From Rhizophagus irregularis (taxonomy: Eukaryota): a stretch of DNA of 64,000 nucleotides. Numbering within the stretch: position 1 is the first letter of the stretch; each line of letters opens with the position of its first letter. The stretch spans positions 1,488,001 to 1,552,000 of the forward strand of contig NC_089429.1 of NCBI RefSeq assembly GCF_026210795.1, read 5' to 3'. The position numbers were made by a program, and so were the translations under genes. The notes below the pieces were generated by a model. It searched no databases and had not been told where the DNA came from. It saw nothing but the letters and a program-made list of their open reading frames with translations. This document shows positions 14,150 through 26,478 of the stretch, one piece after another.

Positions 14150-14569
14150 ATGCTGAAATTAATTATATAAATTTTAAATTTTTATCCAAAAAATATACTA
14201 ATTATATTATAAAAACTAGTTAGACAATTATAACCAAAACGCCAGTCCCGTTTCAGAAATTTCAAAGAACCAATTGGAAACGGACGTCATATAAAATCAT
14301 GCCGATCGCACACGTGACAAAAATGCTACATCGTTATCGGCAAAAAGAAGAGCTAATCAAGTCTATCGAAAATATATTAAGTGGTCAAGTGATCATTCAA
14401 ATTTCAAAGTGACATCTTACTATATGGCATACTGTTATGTGAACCCGATTAGTCTGTCAAGTAAAGAATATCACCGTTACTATAAGGTTGATCATTTTAC
14501 AAAATTCGATATTAAGCAATAAAAGGTGATGATTGTCATTAACTGAACTGTCAAACCTTACAAATACAA

Positions 14570-15197
14570 AGCATAGCGGACATCTTTACTTTATCACAAT
14601 TTTGTCGATCATTTGTCGATCATTTATTCAATTTTATCACTTCGTTATAATTACTTTGGTTAAAAATCCTACATAATAATAATTTTACAGACAATTTAAC
14701 CTTCATTTAAATTTACTGCATATTAAATTTATCAAAAAAAATTCTTTAAACAGTTAATAAAGTTTTACAAATTTTGTCTATATCTGATATGTGTATTTTA
14801 ATAATATTCATAAACATTTTGCTCAATGATAACTTTTTGATTACCTAAAATTCTACATGATTATTTTGGCCATTGATTATTGAATACCTAAATAATATAT
14901 TTTGAAAATTTCAAGTTTCGCCCGTAAATCTGTGGCTTTGCCCGAAGCTCCAAAGTCAAATTAGCAGATGATCGGCAAATATAGGCAAATATCAAATCAT
15001 TGAAAATTTCGGTTTAAGGTTAACTTTAATAATATAATTTTTTTTTATTTTTTCATAAATTATACTACTAAAAAGACATTAGTATAGTTTGGCTAAGAAT
15101 TTTATGGCTTTAACCATAGCTTCAAAATTAATGTGACATAATATATTATATGATCGATGAATGATCGGCAAAGTGATAAAAGTATGTCCGCTATGCT
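14570..15197. mobile_element. Mutator (MULE)-type non-autonomous element, 628 bp
   Basis: TIR AGCATAGCGGACAT...ATGTCCGCTATGCT with a perfect 9-bp TSD CAAATACAA (14561-14569 and 15198-15206). Confidence 0.88.
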
Positions 15198-16129
15198 CAA
15201 ATACAATAAATTGTTTCAGAAAAAAGAAAAAAATAAATTTCAAAATACAAATTGTAAGATTGGAAATTGGAAATTAGGTTTTTGTAGGTATTCTTGACCT
15301 CAATGTTAGAATACCATTTGTTAAAGCAAGAAAATTGATTAGTTGAATGAATTTCCCAGAATTTCCAAACTTCACTTTTACATGCTCAGCAATCTATTAC
15401 ATAAAGATAATGAATAATTAAAAAAATTAATGAATGGTGATGTTAGTAATAATATTGATAATATTGGAAGTATTCGAAATAGATAATCAAATTATCTGTA
15501 GAAATATAAAAAGCTATAGTAATCAAAGAAAAAAACCTGAAAGGTTGTTAACAACAATATTTTTGAAAAAGATGACAAAGTTAGTAAAAGTGAAGATGAA
15601 TTCGAAATAACAAATATAAACAATAATGGTAAAAAAGAATTGATTAAACGTTTTAAAAAACTAAAAATGATAATGAAGGTCAAGAAAAAAAAATTAATTA
15701 AGTTGATATTAAGATTTATTTTATCAAAATTATTAAAAACAATTAAAGTAGATTATATCAAATTTTTTAAAAATTTTGACAAAATTTTCATATCAAAAAA
15801 CCAAAGATCTTTAAAGTTATCTATATTAAAGATCGCTTGTTTAATGTCAATTTATAAAAAAGATATTTATATATTCTATTTATTAATAAGGCCATTTTGT
15901 TTTTCCAATATATGATAAATATTTAGATTAACCCTGTTTTGAATTGTGTACTGTATAACAATGTAACATTTCTGAAATTTATGTCATAATTATTGATCGG
16001 TAAATTTGGCAATAATTTTCGTTAGCTATATTGTTACACAGTAAAATATCACGTAGTAATCACATGATATAACTGGACCTGTGATACTAATCAATGTAGG
16101 AGATATCGAATATATTTGACATGTTCTAT

Positions 16130-16260
16130 ATGTTATGTATGTCCGATATATAGAATATATGGTATATATAGAACATATAGTATATATAGAATAAATAGTA
16201 TATATAGCGTAAATAGTATATATAGCATAAATAGTATATATAGCATAAATAGTATACATA
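16130..16260. repeat. Degenerate 9/18-bp TATATAGCA-type minisatellite, resuming at ~17190-17230
   Basis: AAATAGTATATATAGCAT units. These explain the spurious YTIYAI ORF. Confidence 0.8.
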
Positions 16261-16261
16261 T

Positions 16262-17187
16262 GGGCTGATTTGTCTACTCTGCATTAAAAAGAGTTATTGA
16301 TTGATTTTCACAATTTTTGTTACTCAAAATTGTTTTGTAATACCAAAAAATCATCTGATTGATGATCACTTGACTAAATAATAAGTTGAACAAAAATTTA
16401 CATTTGCGAAACTTAAATTATTAAATGTAAAAGAGCTGTGAAAAAACCCATTTCACTAATAAAAAACCCATTTCTCATATATATGGAATTTTTAACATAT
16501 ATTATTAAAAAGTAAGTATATTTTAATAAAATATAAAGTAAAATAAAAATTTATATAGCCTTAGTAGCTATAAATGTTTATAAAAGTATAATAAAAATAT
16601 CATATAAAAGATGGTATCATAATAAATATTTTCAAACAATAAAAATAATTATTTTATGTCAGAGTTTGTATTACCATCTTTAAACGCAAATATATCAAGA
16701 TTCACTGATCCGTTTTCTATAATTTTAGGCTCGTTAGAAAGCCCTTGTTCTGGACTTTATAGGCGAAAAAAGAGCTCGCTGATTGAATCATTAGATCCGG
16801 AGATATTTACGTTTAAAGTTGAGGTACGAACTTTTTAACATGCTTAAATGCAAATATCTTGGGATCCACTGATCCATTTTTTATAAATTTAGGCTCTTTG
16901 GAAAGCCTTTGATCTGGTCTATATGAACGAAAAAAGAGCTTGCCAATTGGATCACTGGATCTGGAGATATTTACGTTTTAAGTTGAGATATAAATTTTTA
17001 ACATACAGTATATAGTAAGTGCTAAGAATTATATTAATTTAAAAGAAATATTTACCAAATTATAGTATAATAACATTAAATAAAATTTTTTAATACTCAT
17101 TTCCAATTTACTGTATATTATATAGTATTTTGTATAATAAAAATGTAATAAAATTAATATTTTAATTAAAGGTAGACAAATCAGCCC
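16262..17187. mobile_element. Non-autonomous TIR element (926 bp) flanked by ATAT, with internal ~165-bp direct duplication
   Basis: TIR GGGCTGATTTGTCTAC...GTAGACAAATCAGCCC with ATAT on both sides. Internal duplication ~16680-16840 and ~16845-17003. It interrupts the minisatellite. Confidence 0.8.
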
Positions 17188-17387
17188 ATATGATATAACA
17201 TATATAGCATATATAGCACATGTAGCATAAATTAGATATTTTTTTTATATAGTAGAAATTGTTATAAAAAGGCAGTGTAAATGTGCATTAGAAAAGTTAA
17301 TTCTTTAGAACAGCTCTTAAAAATCTTTAATAAATTAATTAAAACCCATATACCCTTTATTTTCGTGTTGTTATTTCTTATACATAT

Positions 17388-18823
17388 GGCGCGCCGATGT
17401 GGACAGATTGGTATTTTATTAATACCAACTCCTGCTATTTAAATAATACTAGCTCTTGTATTTTAAAATTACTGATTTTGCCTAAAATGGCAATTCCTTT
17501 TTATATTATTAGACAGATTTGTATTTATTTAATACCAAATTTCTCTAATTAAATATTACCAACTCTTGTAATTTTAAAATTGGCAGATCTTTTTTCTTCA
17601 ATAGACAGATTTATATTTTTTTATTGCCTCCTTTTTTTATTAGAAGATCTTTTTTCTTTAATAAACACATTTGTATTTTTTTATTATTAGCTCTGATGAT
17701 CATTTTTATTCGCTAAATCTCACCGCAGGTGATCCTTACCACAGGTGATTTTATTCCGGCCAAATTATAATTCCAGCTGGGAGTTAATTGTGCAACCTAA
17801 TAAAAAGTTTTGACTTTTTTAGTAACAATGTGGTATAAAAATTGCACCAATGAGTTCGGAAGATACCCGTTTATAATCAAATATGCAGTTAAATTTCTTA
17901 AGTAAAGTGATTTATGCAGTGAGACTTGACCTTATTGATGGTCAAATGACCATCAGTTGCCTTAATTGGTGGTCAAAAGTAGTCTATTTGGCCTTAAAAG
18001 TGGTCAAATGTAACTATCAGCTACCTTAATTGATGGTTAAAAGTGGTCAAACGTGACCATCAGCTGCCTTAATTGATGGTCAAATATGCCCTCGCCTTTA
18101 ACTACCAATTATTAGTATAACCAAACAGAAAATTTTCGAAAAATTCCTATGTGCTATATGACCACTTTCTAGGGTCAAATAGACCACTTTTGACCATCAA
18201 TTAAGGTAGCTGATGGTCAAGTTTGACCACTTTTAAGGTCAATTAGACCACTTTTGACCATTACGAAATAGATTTCTTAAGTAAAGTGATTTATTCAGTG
18301 AGGCTACACAAATTTAACTGCATATTTACTTATAAATGAGTATCTTCCGGATCCATTAGTGCAATATTTATACCACATTGTAACTAAAAAAAATCAAAAA
18401 CTTTTTATTAGGTTACACAATTGAATTTGGCTGGAATTATAATTTGACCGGTGAAATCACCTGCGGTGAGATTTAGCAGATCTGCTAATGAATATAAATG
18501 ATCGTCAGAGCTAATAATAAAAAAATATAAATCTGTCTGGTAAAGAAAAAAGATCTGCTAATAAAAAAAGGGGATAATAAAAAATATAAATCTGTCTATT
18601 GAAGAAAAAAGATCTGCCAATTTTAAAATTACAAGAGTTGGTAATATTTAATTAGAGAAAGTTCATAATAAATAAATATGAATCTGTCTAATAATGCAAA
18701 AAGAAATTGCCATTTTAGACAAAAATCTGCCATTTGCAGTAATATTAAAATACATGAGCTGATATTATTTAAATAGTGGGAGTTGGTATTAAAAAAATAC
18801 CAATCTGTCCACATCGGCGCGCC
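17388..18823. mobile_element. Large foldback element (1.44 kb) with ~700-bp inverted arms, flanked by ATAT
   Basis: GGCGCGCCGATGTGGACAGATTGGTATT at both ends in inverted orientation. The arms stay complementary inward through GCTAAATCTCACCGCAGGTGAT (17712 and ~18457-18478) to central TTGATGGTCAAA repeats. Confidence 0.9.
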
Positions 18824-19159
18824 ATATATACACTTTATTTTTATTCATTGTCTGTATTTGGTTAGTTTAATCCCTTACTTGCGTCTGATCGTATAGGCTA
18901 TTTGGAGAGCTATACCATATTCGCATTTGATCGGATTTTTGTTAAGATTTACATTGAATTAATTGAATTAGTATAAGATCTACACCGATCCTATAAATTT
19001 CCGACCCCACCAATCCTTCTGCTTACACTAAATATACCGCTTATTTTTAAGCACATAAGAACTGACATATAACAATATTACGATTTATGCTAAATTATAA
19101 TGAATTTAATAATTCTTATTTCCAGAATATTATTTTGTGTGATTTACTAGATGGTTTAA

Positions 19160-19198
19160 GTTCATTGATCCCGGTACGAAGCAATGGGCTGTTGCTAT
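19160..19198 (+). mobile_element. Degenerate Helitron-like 3' terminus
   Basis: TTCATTGATCCCGGTACGAAGCAATGGGCTGTTGCTAT resembles CTCATTGGTCCGGTTCAGAGCAACGGGTAACTGCTAGT at 5854-5891, but the CTAG is mutated. Confidence 0.4.
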
Positions 19199-19350
19199 TT
19201 TTTAAATAAACAAAAATAATAATCAGTATTATGCTGGTAAAGCTCACTCTAACTTGTACAATTTATTCAGAAAATTGTTAATAAGTGTACCAACTTGATT
19301 TATAATTCAGGTCGTATTGTAACGTTTTACGATCGTCTCACTGACAGACT

Positions 19351-19506
19351 TAGAGATTAGTTCCGATATTCGATATTCGGATTTAAATCTGAATATCGAA
19401 AGAAACCGGATATATGGAACGAAGGAAACCGGATTTATCATATCTGGATAACCGAAGGAAAACTGAATAAAACTGGATATATTTTTAAATCCGGTTCTAA
19501 CTTCTA
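19351..19506. mobile_element. Degenerate hAT-type MITE
   Basis: TAGAGATTAG...CTAACTTCTA ends with (A)CCGGAT subterminal motifs, similar to the terminus at 63300-63363. No TSD recognisable. Confidence 0.45.
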
Positions 19507-20422
19507 CAACAGTTCATCTCACCAACATAAACAACCTTTTAAAATATTGTTTATATTATAATATCTTTCGTATAAAAATAAAGAAATTTATTTATTTATT
19601 TTTTTTTATTGTTTTAACTTAGCACATATCACTTACCATTTTATTAGCTGTGATGAGCAAAAAAGAAAAAAATAGGCGAAAGCGAACTGTCGGTGAAACA
19701 AGTGTCAGTGAAACGTTTGTTGGCAAAATAAATTTTCCTAGTTTTGTATAAATAAAATATGATGGTCTACGATAACATTTTTTTTTGTATTGCAAATTCG
19801 ATCAGAAATTTTCTTTTGTGCTACGCAAACATTTTAGCATTCTTTATGCTAAATAAAGTAAAAAGTTATATTTATAAAATGTGTACGTCTATACGAAGGT
19901 TTGTATCTACATTTTCAAATAAACAAGTAAATAGATACTCAAATAGATAGCTGCTGACCATGACAAAACCAATCAAATTTTTTTTCCAAAAATGTTTATT
20001 TTGCAGTCACACGATTTATTACTTAATAGGGTGTAGAAGAGATCCAAATCGTGACACACAAAAAATAGTAATACTTTGAATAAACTTTAACTTCTGGGTC
20101 GGAATGATTAAACTTTAAACCGATCGCAAAAATTTTTCTAACCAAGGTTGGACTATTGGACTATCATACAGAGAACTTATCTAAATTGTTACTAATGGAA
20201 TGGGTATGTAGAATCATGTATCTTATAAAATATATATTATGTATTTACAATAGAAAATAAACATACGTAAATAATTCATAAAACAATATAATTTTTATGT
20301 TTAACTTCCATAATTTATTTTCTTGAAATACAACAGATATTTTCTTATAAATCAAGAAAAAAAATTCATACCATAGGACATAACAAAATATTACAAACTC
20401 TATAGTAAAAACCTTAAGTTTA

Positions 20423-21565
20423 ATGGACCAAAAGTTGTACGAGACTCTCAATCGCAAACCTGGCTTGTTCGCCATCGCAGCAGCCATGATTTTTGTGATC
20501 ATTATAATTCTCACATTCATTGTACGAATCTTTCAATTTCCCCATCATCGCCAACAATATTTAATCTCTGAAAATATTCAAAGTGTTCCCACAAGAATAC
20601 TATGTTCGTTTTCTTGCTCCTGACTGCTGGCTTGATAGGAGTCATCTCATATAATGTCTATGAAATCATGATCCTCCCAAGTTAAATGTGATGTCGGAAA
20701 AGAGCAACTTATTTGCCCAACTGATAATTTAATGTTTAATACGGCCAGGTATTATACGAGTTTTTGATTCTTTTGTTGATAAACCTAAGCATAATCTTGA
20801 TTTAAGTGATGAATTTAAATCTTTTCAAAGAGGCAATAATAATTGCACTTTCTTAAATAGTACATCATCCTCAATGAACGAAAATAACTCTGGTGGAGGA
20901 TTTTATCTCCTTGGTTTTAGTAAGAATAATGTTACTTCTGGCATTATTAGTAATTACATTGGCGACACCAACAATGAGATGAACTGGAACCTTTCCATGC
21001 CCCAATGGAACAAATTTAGTGATGTGGAGTTTCTAATTTCCAGTGATAGTGGTATTTTCAAATACAAAGAAATTTTCTATAAAGCTTTGAATGGAAGTTA
21101 TCGAAGTTTTCAAATCTTCTCCATAGGTAATTTTAATTTTTCTGAAGTTTCCGTGGATGAACCCAAAATTAGTGATCAAATTGAATATCCTCAACCAACG
21201 ACATGGATTGGGCTTATCACACCGATACATGTCATAACAAAGAATGAAGAGCCACCTCTCACATTAACTGACCTTTTAAGTAATGTCGGAGGTTATCTTC
21301 CCTCTGGGGAATTTTCAGCTTTCTTTCTGGTGGTAGCAAGACGAACCCGTTCGGATTTATGTCACGCTTTATATTTATAAAACAAGATATGATAAAAAAT
21401 GAAAGATGGTAGAAGTGTAAAATTAAGTGTCTTGGAAAAAGAGAAAAAAGATATCGATAATGTTGCTATAACGAATTATCACAGCGGGCTCAAAACCTGC
21501 TTGCAAAATACTAGTATGTCGATATGAATTTCTACGAACATGCGATCAAGACGCCTGACGTATAA
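20423..21565 (+). pseudogene. Frameshifted two-transmembrane protein gene
   Basis: N-terminal TM (LFAIAAAMIFVIIIILTFIV) and a broken loop region. TLTDLLSNVGGYL then continues after a frameshift at ~21300 as LWGIFSFLSGGSKTNPFGFMSRFIF, ending NLLAKY*YVDMNFYEHAIKTPDV*. Confidence 0.7.
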
Positions 21566-23019
21566 TTATCAAGAAAAAAAAATGTATAAGTATTATATAT
21601 ATGCGTCATTTATTGTCTGGAGAATGTATATAACTATTTATTAATTTTGTAATATTTATTATTAAACAGTATATGAAAATAAGATGTACTATATATCATG
21701 GATGATTATTTTATTTATTAAAACTAAATAAAGTGACGAACCTTAACAATTTAAGTCCCGTCCCCAAAGAATACTGCGAACTGGTGGCGTGAAAGATATG
21801 ATTCATTTAGCAAAATTCTGGCAGTAATGATTTTGTAATTCTCTTATGTTATTCCTCATGTTTTCATTTATTGAAAAAAGATTAATATTCCGTTTACAAA
21901 TACGTGTTATCTATAAGTGATATGTGATATATGAGTTGTGTAACATGAACAAATTTAGTGACATGTCCATCGTAGTTGAAATGCGACGTATTGCTTGTAA
22001 ATTTCTCATCGTACAAGTTACATATGATGCTTATACAGATGACATAGTTATATCTAACAAACCTAGTGTCCGATTAAAGTACAACGATTATTATTCGAAA
22101 ATGATAATGTTATAAAGACGCTAGAAAATAAAATTGATGCTATTAAACTTTTGAAGTACACGACCACCAAAAAATTGTATCTATATAATTAATTAATTAA
22201 ATTGTTTAAAAATCATTTTATATTAGAAATATATCTTATTTTCAAAATTATTTAAATAAAATCTAGGCTTCGTAGCATAACTGATAACAAAAGATAATGT
22301 ACCCCTATTTGTCCTACCGTAATTCTACTTATAGGTTAACATAATAACATAATATATATTGTAAATATCTTTATATTACTGTAGTACACAAAAGTCATAC
22401 AGAAATTATTTGGTAATAACGGAAAATAAAAATTGCATGAATGACTCTTCAAAAAAAAAATACAAATAAATATTAAAATAAAACTCAGCATATAATTCCA
22501 ATCGCGTCTCGTATATACCATTATTAAGAGTAAATTAAAAAAATACCTTAGAAAAATTTACATTTTTTCATATACACGTTCATAACTTCATATAAACGTT
22601 ACGCACGTTACGCATAATCAATAACCATGAGTCATCTAAATTTGATTATGACATAATTTTTTATACTTACTTCTTGAATAAAAGGAAAATTTAACACTCT
22701 CCAAAAATTATTTAAATAGCGATATTCCTTTCTTTTCTATCTCGTTCTTCTCTTCCTTCCCTCTTACTTTCCCTTTTACTCTTATCATTTCCAGTGAATC
22801 ATTTCCAGTGAAGTAACAAAATAAACTTATCTTTCTCTTTTTTATTTATATTTCGTTGTTTTTAAGTCTCTTAAAATTTTTTCTATATTATATTTTATGA
22901 ATATGTTTTTTATTTTTCTAGGTTAACATATCTTTCTATTCCTCTCCCTTCCCTTCTTTTCTTCATTTTTACCTTTCTCTTTTCCTTCCCTACTTTTATC
23001 TTATTTCTTTCGGGTTTTG

Positions 23020-23320
23020 TTGGAGCAGCATGTTGCTATGCATGGGCGGGAGCATAGCATGCTTACCTCGTAAGCCTGTGAGTACCAGCTTTTGCTGCAG
23101 TCTCACAGTAGGGCTGGCTGGGAATTATTTGGGGGCGGTATAGTACTATGCGAGGGATGGAGCATAGGCACTTGCTTTTAGTAAGTTCGTGGGTACCAGC
23201 TATTGCTGTAGTCCTGCGATAGGACCGGTCGGTTGTGGAACGGCATGGTGCTATGCGTTTTTCAGGGTGGAGCATAGTGCACTTCTTAGGAAGTCCCTTT
23301 GTGGTAGGGCCGTAGTACTG
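23020..23320. repeat. GC-rich island of ~3 diverged 110-bp units
   Basis: GGAGCATAG recurs at ~23049, ~23159 and ~23269. The first two units share GTAAG..GTG.GTACCAGCT.TTGCTG.AGTC. Confidence 0.7.
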
Positions 23321-25226
23321 TGTTATTAGTATATAAATAATGAGTCTTTTCTGCCATTAATAAAATATTTCGACTCTTGTATAAATCGATTGGTAATTAT
23401 ATCATAAAATTTTGCACCAGTTTTACTAATAATTATTTATTTAATTTTTTCATGACACATCTTTAATTGTAGCCAATAAAAAAAAAATAAATAAATAAAA
23501 TGAAAAAAGTTATATACTGAAATAGAATCATAATCTTAATTATTATTTAATTACCAGATCAAAATTCTTAGCATACTTCGGTTTTTTTCTTAGAATTTGA
23601 AACTATGAATCAAGAATAATATGGCAAGTTGATATTTATTTTTATTATTTAATGATACTTAAACTTTATTATTATTTCTATTTATTTCTGTGAATAATAA
23701 TTAGTTCATTATTAAACACCATTCTTATTTTTTAATGATAATTTAATTTTTTAGACAATTTTTGCTATAAGGGTTAGAGATTTTGATAAAACTGTGGCCC
23801 TTTTATTATTACATGGTTATTTTTATTTCTTTTTTTGGTTAAAAGGAACCCATTTTCAAGGGTGAAACATAAGAAAATTAATACCTTAATAAACTTGGAG
23901 ATGTAAAGTTTATGAAAATACGAGTTAATTTACTTCTTAACGAAATGATTTTCACGTTTGCGTCAAAGAGTTCAAATAATTAATTGAATAAATCGTTCTG
24001 TTATCGATATAGAATTAGAATATTTGTATTCGTATTATAACTCTTGGATACTGTTATCAAACACAGAATAGGAACGAACTGGAAAAAAAAAGAAATTAAA
24101 AGTAATTTGAAAAGCATCATAAAATACTTGGTAGAAATGTAATTCAGTATTCATACAATTCAAAAATCTAATGCTATTAATTCCGTAATGATACTTAGTC
24201 ATCATTCTTATAATTTACTAATAATCCATAAAGTTTCTTACGTAAAATAATTACAATGGATTATAATGCATATTTGTATTTCCTTAATAATCAGTGATAC
24301 AATCTTCAAGTACTATTTAGAATTTCGTTCCTAAATTTGTTTATATGAAAAATTATAATAAATAATTTTCATTAAAAAAAAAATGTGGGACGAGATTTCC
24401 TTATAATAAATAAATAATTAAAAATAAAATAAAAATAAAAAAAAAAAACCAAAAAAAATCTCCTGAATTTTGTAGTACCACATTATTAAAAGAAATCTAC
24501 AGGAAAAGACTAATTTTAGATGGAACAAACTTGATTCCAGAAAATGATGACAATAGAACGATTTTCCTTAACATTGGATAGATATCATTCATTTAAATGC
24601 AATACCCTGGGATATTGCGTATGACTAGTTATAACGTTAGATTAAAAGAATTAATTAAAATACTGAACCCGCCAACCGGAAATTTTTTAAACAAAATTTT
24701 TCATAAAAGCAATGACAAATAAACGTAAAAAACAAATATTTTCTTGTAATAAATGCATGAATATGTAAAGAAAATACTAGAGGGAATAAAGTAAAATTGA
24801 CCAATTAAAAAAATTTTAATTTTTAATAGAGTATTTGGTAATATTATTTGTTTGGTTAAAATAAATGAATATATAAAACAAACATGCAAGAATTATGGAC
24901 AATTTTCATTATAAATATATTAACGTACATGACAAGTTTTTTTGTATTGTTTTTTGTGTGTGTGTTTAAAAATTTAAAGTTTACCGTTATAAATTTGTAA
25001 AAGTTGGTAATACATAAGTTAATTTAAACCTATCGTAGATTTTGCTTTACGCACGCGGCATTATTCGAATAAGGAGATTGGTAACACAAACGTCCATATG
25101 GCGTTAAACAAAATTATTACGTGCTACATAAATTCCAGATAAATTGATTCCCCAACCCCCTAATTAGTTAAAAAAAAAATATTTTTTTTATGCGATTATT
25201 TATTTCATCTTATTTTATTCTTAATA

Positions 25227-26478
25227 ATGGGTAATAAAAATTCACATATCAAGAATAAACGATCATCAATAAAAAAAATACCAGAATTTGAAAAAATAGA
25301 ATCAGAACAAGAAAGACAAGAAGAGCTATTGGACTATTATTTATCGACTGATACCGGTTCTATTGATAGATTACATATGTATCACTTTCTTAAAGGATAT
25401 ATATTTCAAGGTAATTTTTCTTCCCCGATTGAGGATATAATAATTGAAGGAGGGTGTAAGGTTTTAGATATTGGGTAAGTGACATCTTTTCGTCAAATAT
25501 TTTGAGGAATTTTGTGATATTGAATCATTATTTATATTTAAAGATGTGGTCCTGGTACATGGTTATTAGATTTATCGAATAAATATGAAAATTCTTATTT
25601 TTTTGGTGTAGATATTAAACCAATATTTCCACGAGAGGTAATGAAAGTTTTAAATTTTTTTTATTTTATTTTATTTTATTATGAAATAATACCGAAATTT
25701 TAATCTTTATAAATTGATAGATAAAACCAAATAATCTTGAATTCATCGAAGCTGACGTAACTAATGGATTATCATTTCGTGATAACGAATTTGATTTAAC
25801 ACATGCAGATTTAATGGGCCTTATGTTTACGCCAGAACAATGGGATATCGTTCTTTCTGAACTCATTAGGTACATTATTTCTTTTTTTTTTTAATTATTA
25901 TCCATATTTTTGAGAAATTACGCCAACCTGTGCTGATTTATATATATATTTTTTTCAGAGTAACGAAACCAGGTGGATATATTGAAATATCTGATAGACG
26001 TAATAGTTTTGTTGGTGTAGGTCCGATTTATCGTAGATTAACGGACTCAAGTAATTATATTCATTGTTTTTAATCTTAATTTTATGCATTATTTATATTA
26101 TAAAATATTAATTTTTTTTTTTTTTGTAAAACATAATTAATTACAGTTTGGGCATCATTTTTAAAACGAAATATAGACGCCAAATTGATTTATAATCTAG
26201 ATTCAAAATTTGAATTACAACCAAATATAGGAAAAGTTCATCGAATTGAAAAAGATCTTATCGTGGGACCTAATGGAGGTAAAATTGGTTTAGTTTTTCA
26301 AGATATTGCCGTTTCTTATTTTAATTCAGATATGACATGTAAAGTTGTAAGTGAGGAAATAGGAATTTCTGAAGAAGAATATAAAAATATGGCAGAAAAA
26401 TTAGCTGAAGAATTTGAACAAACTAGCACTGAATGTGTTCATGTTAGATTTTGGGCTCAAAAACAATTAATGGATTAA
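25227..26478 (+). CDS. Class I SAM-dependent methyltransferase (LaeA-like fungal family), 5 exons
   Basis: Exons 25227-25474, 25544-25637, 25721-25869, 25959-26050 and 26147-26478 splice in frame. Motifs DRLHMYHF, VLDIGCGPGTW, FFGVDI, NLEFIEADV, ELIRVTKPGGYIEI and terminal WAQK. Confidence 0.92.

Noticed and set aside
16036..17253. Possible outer CACTA-like MITE around the GGGCTG element
   Set aside because: The ends (CACAGTAAAA and TTTTTATATAGTA) are too dissimilar and lack a TSD.
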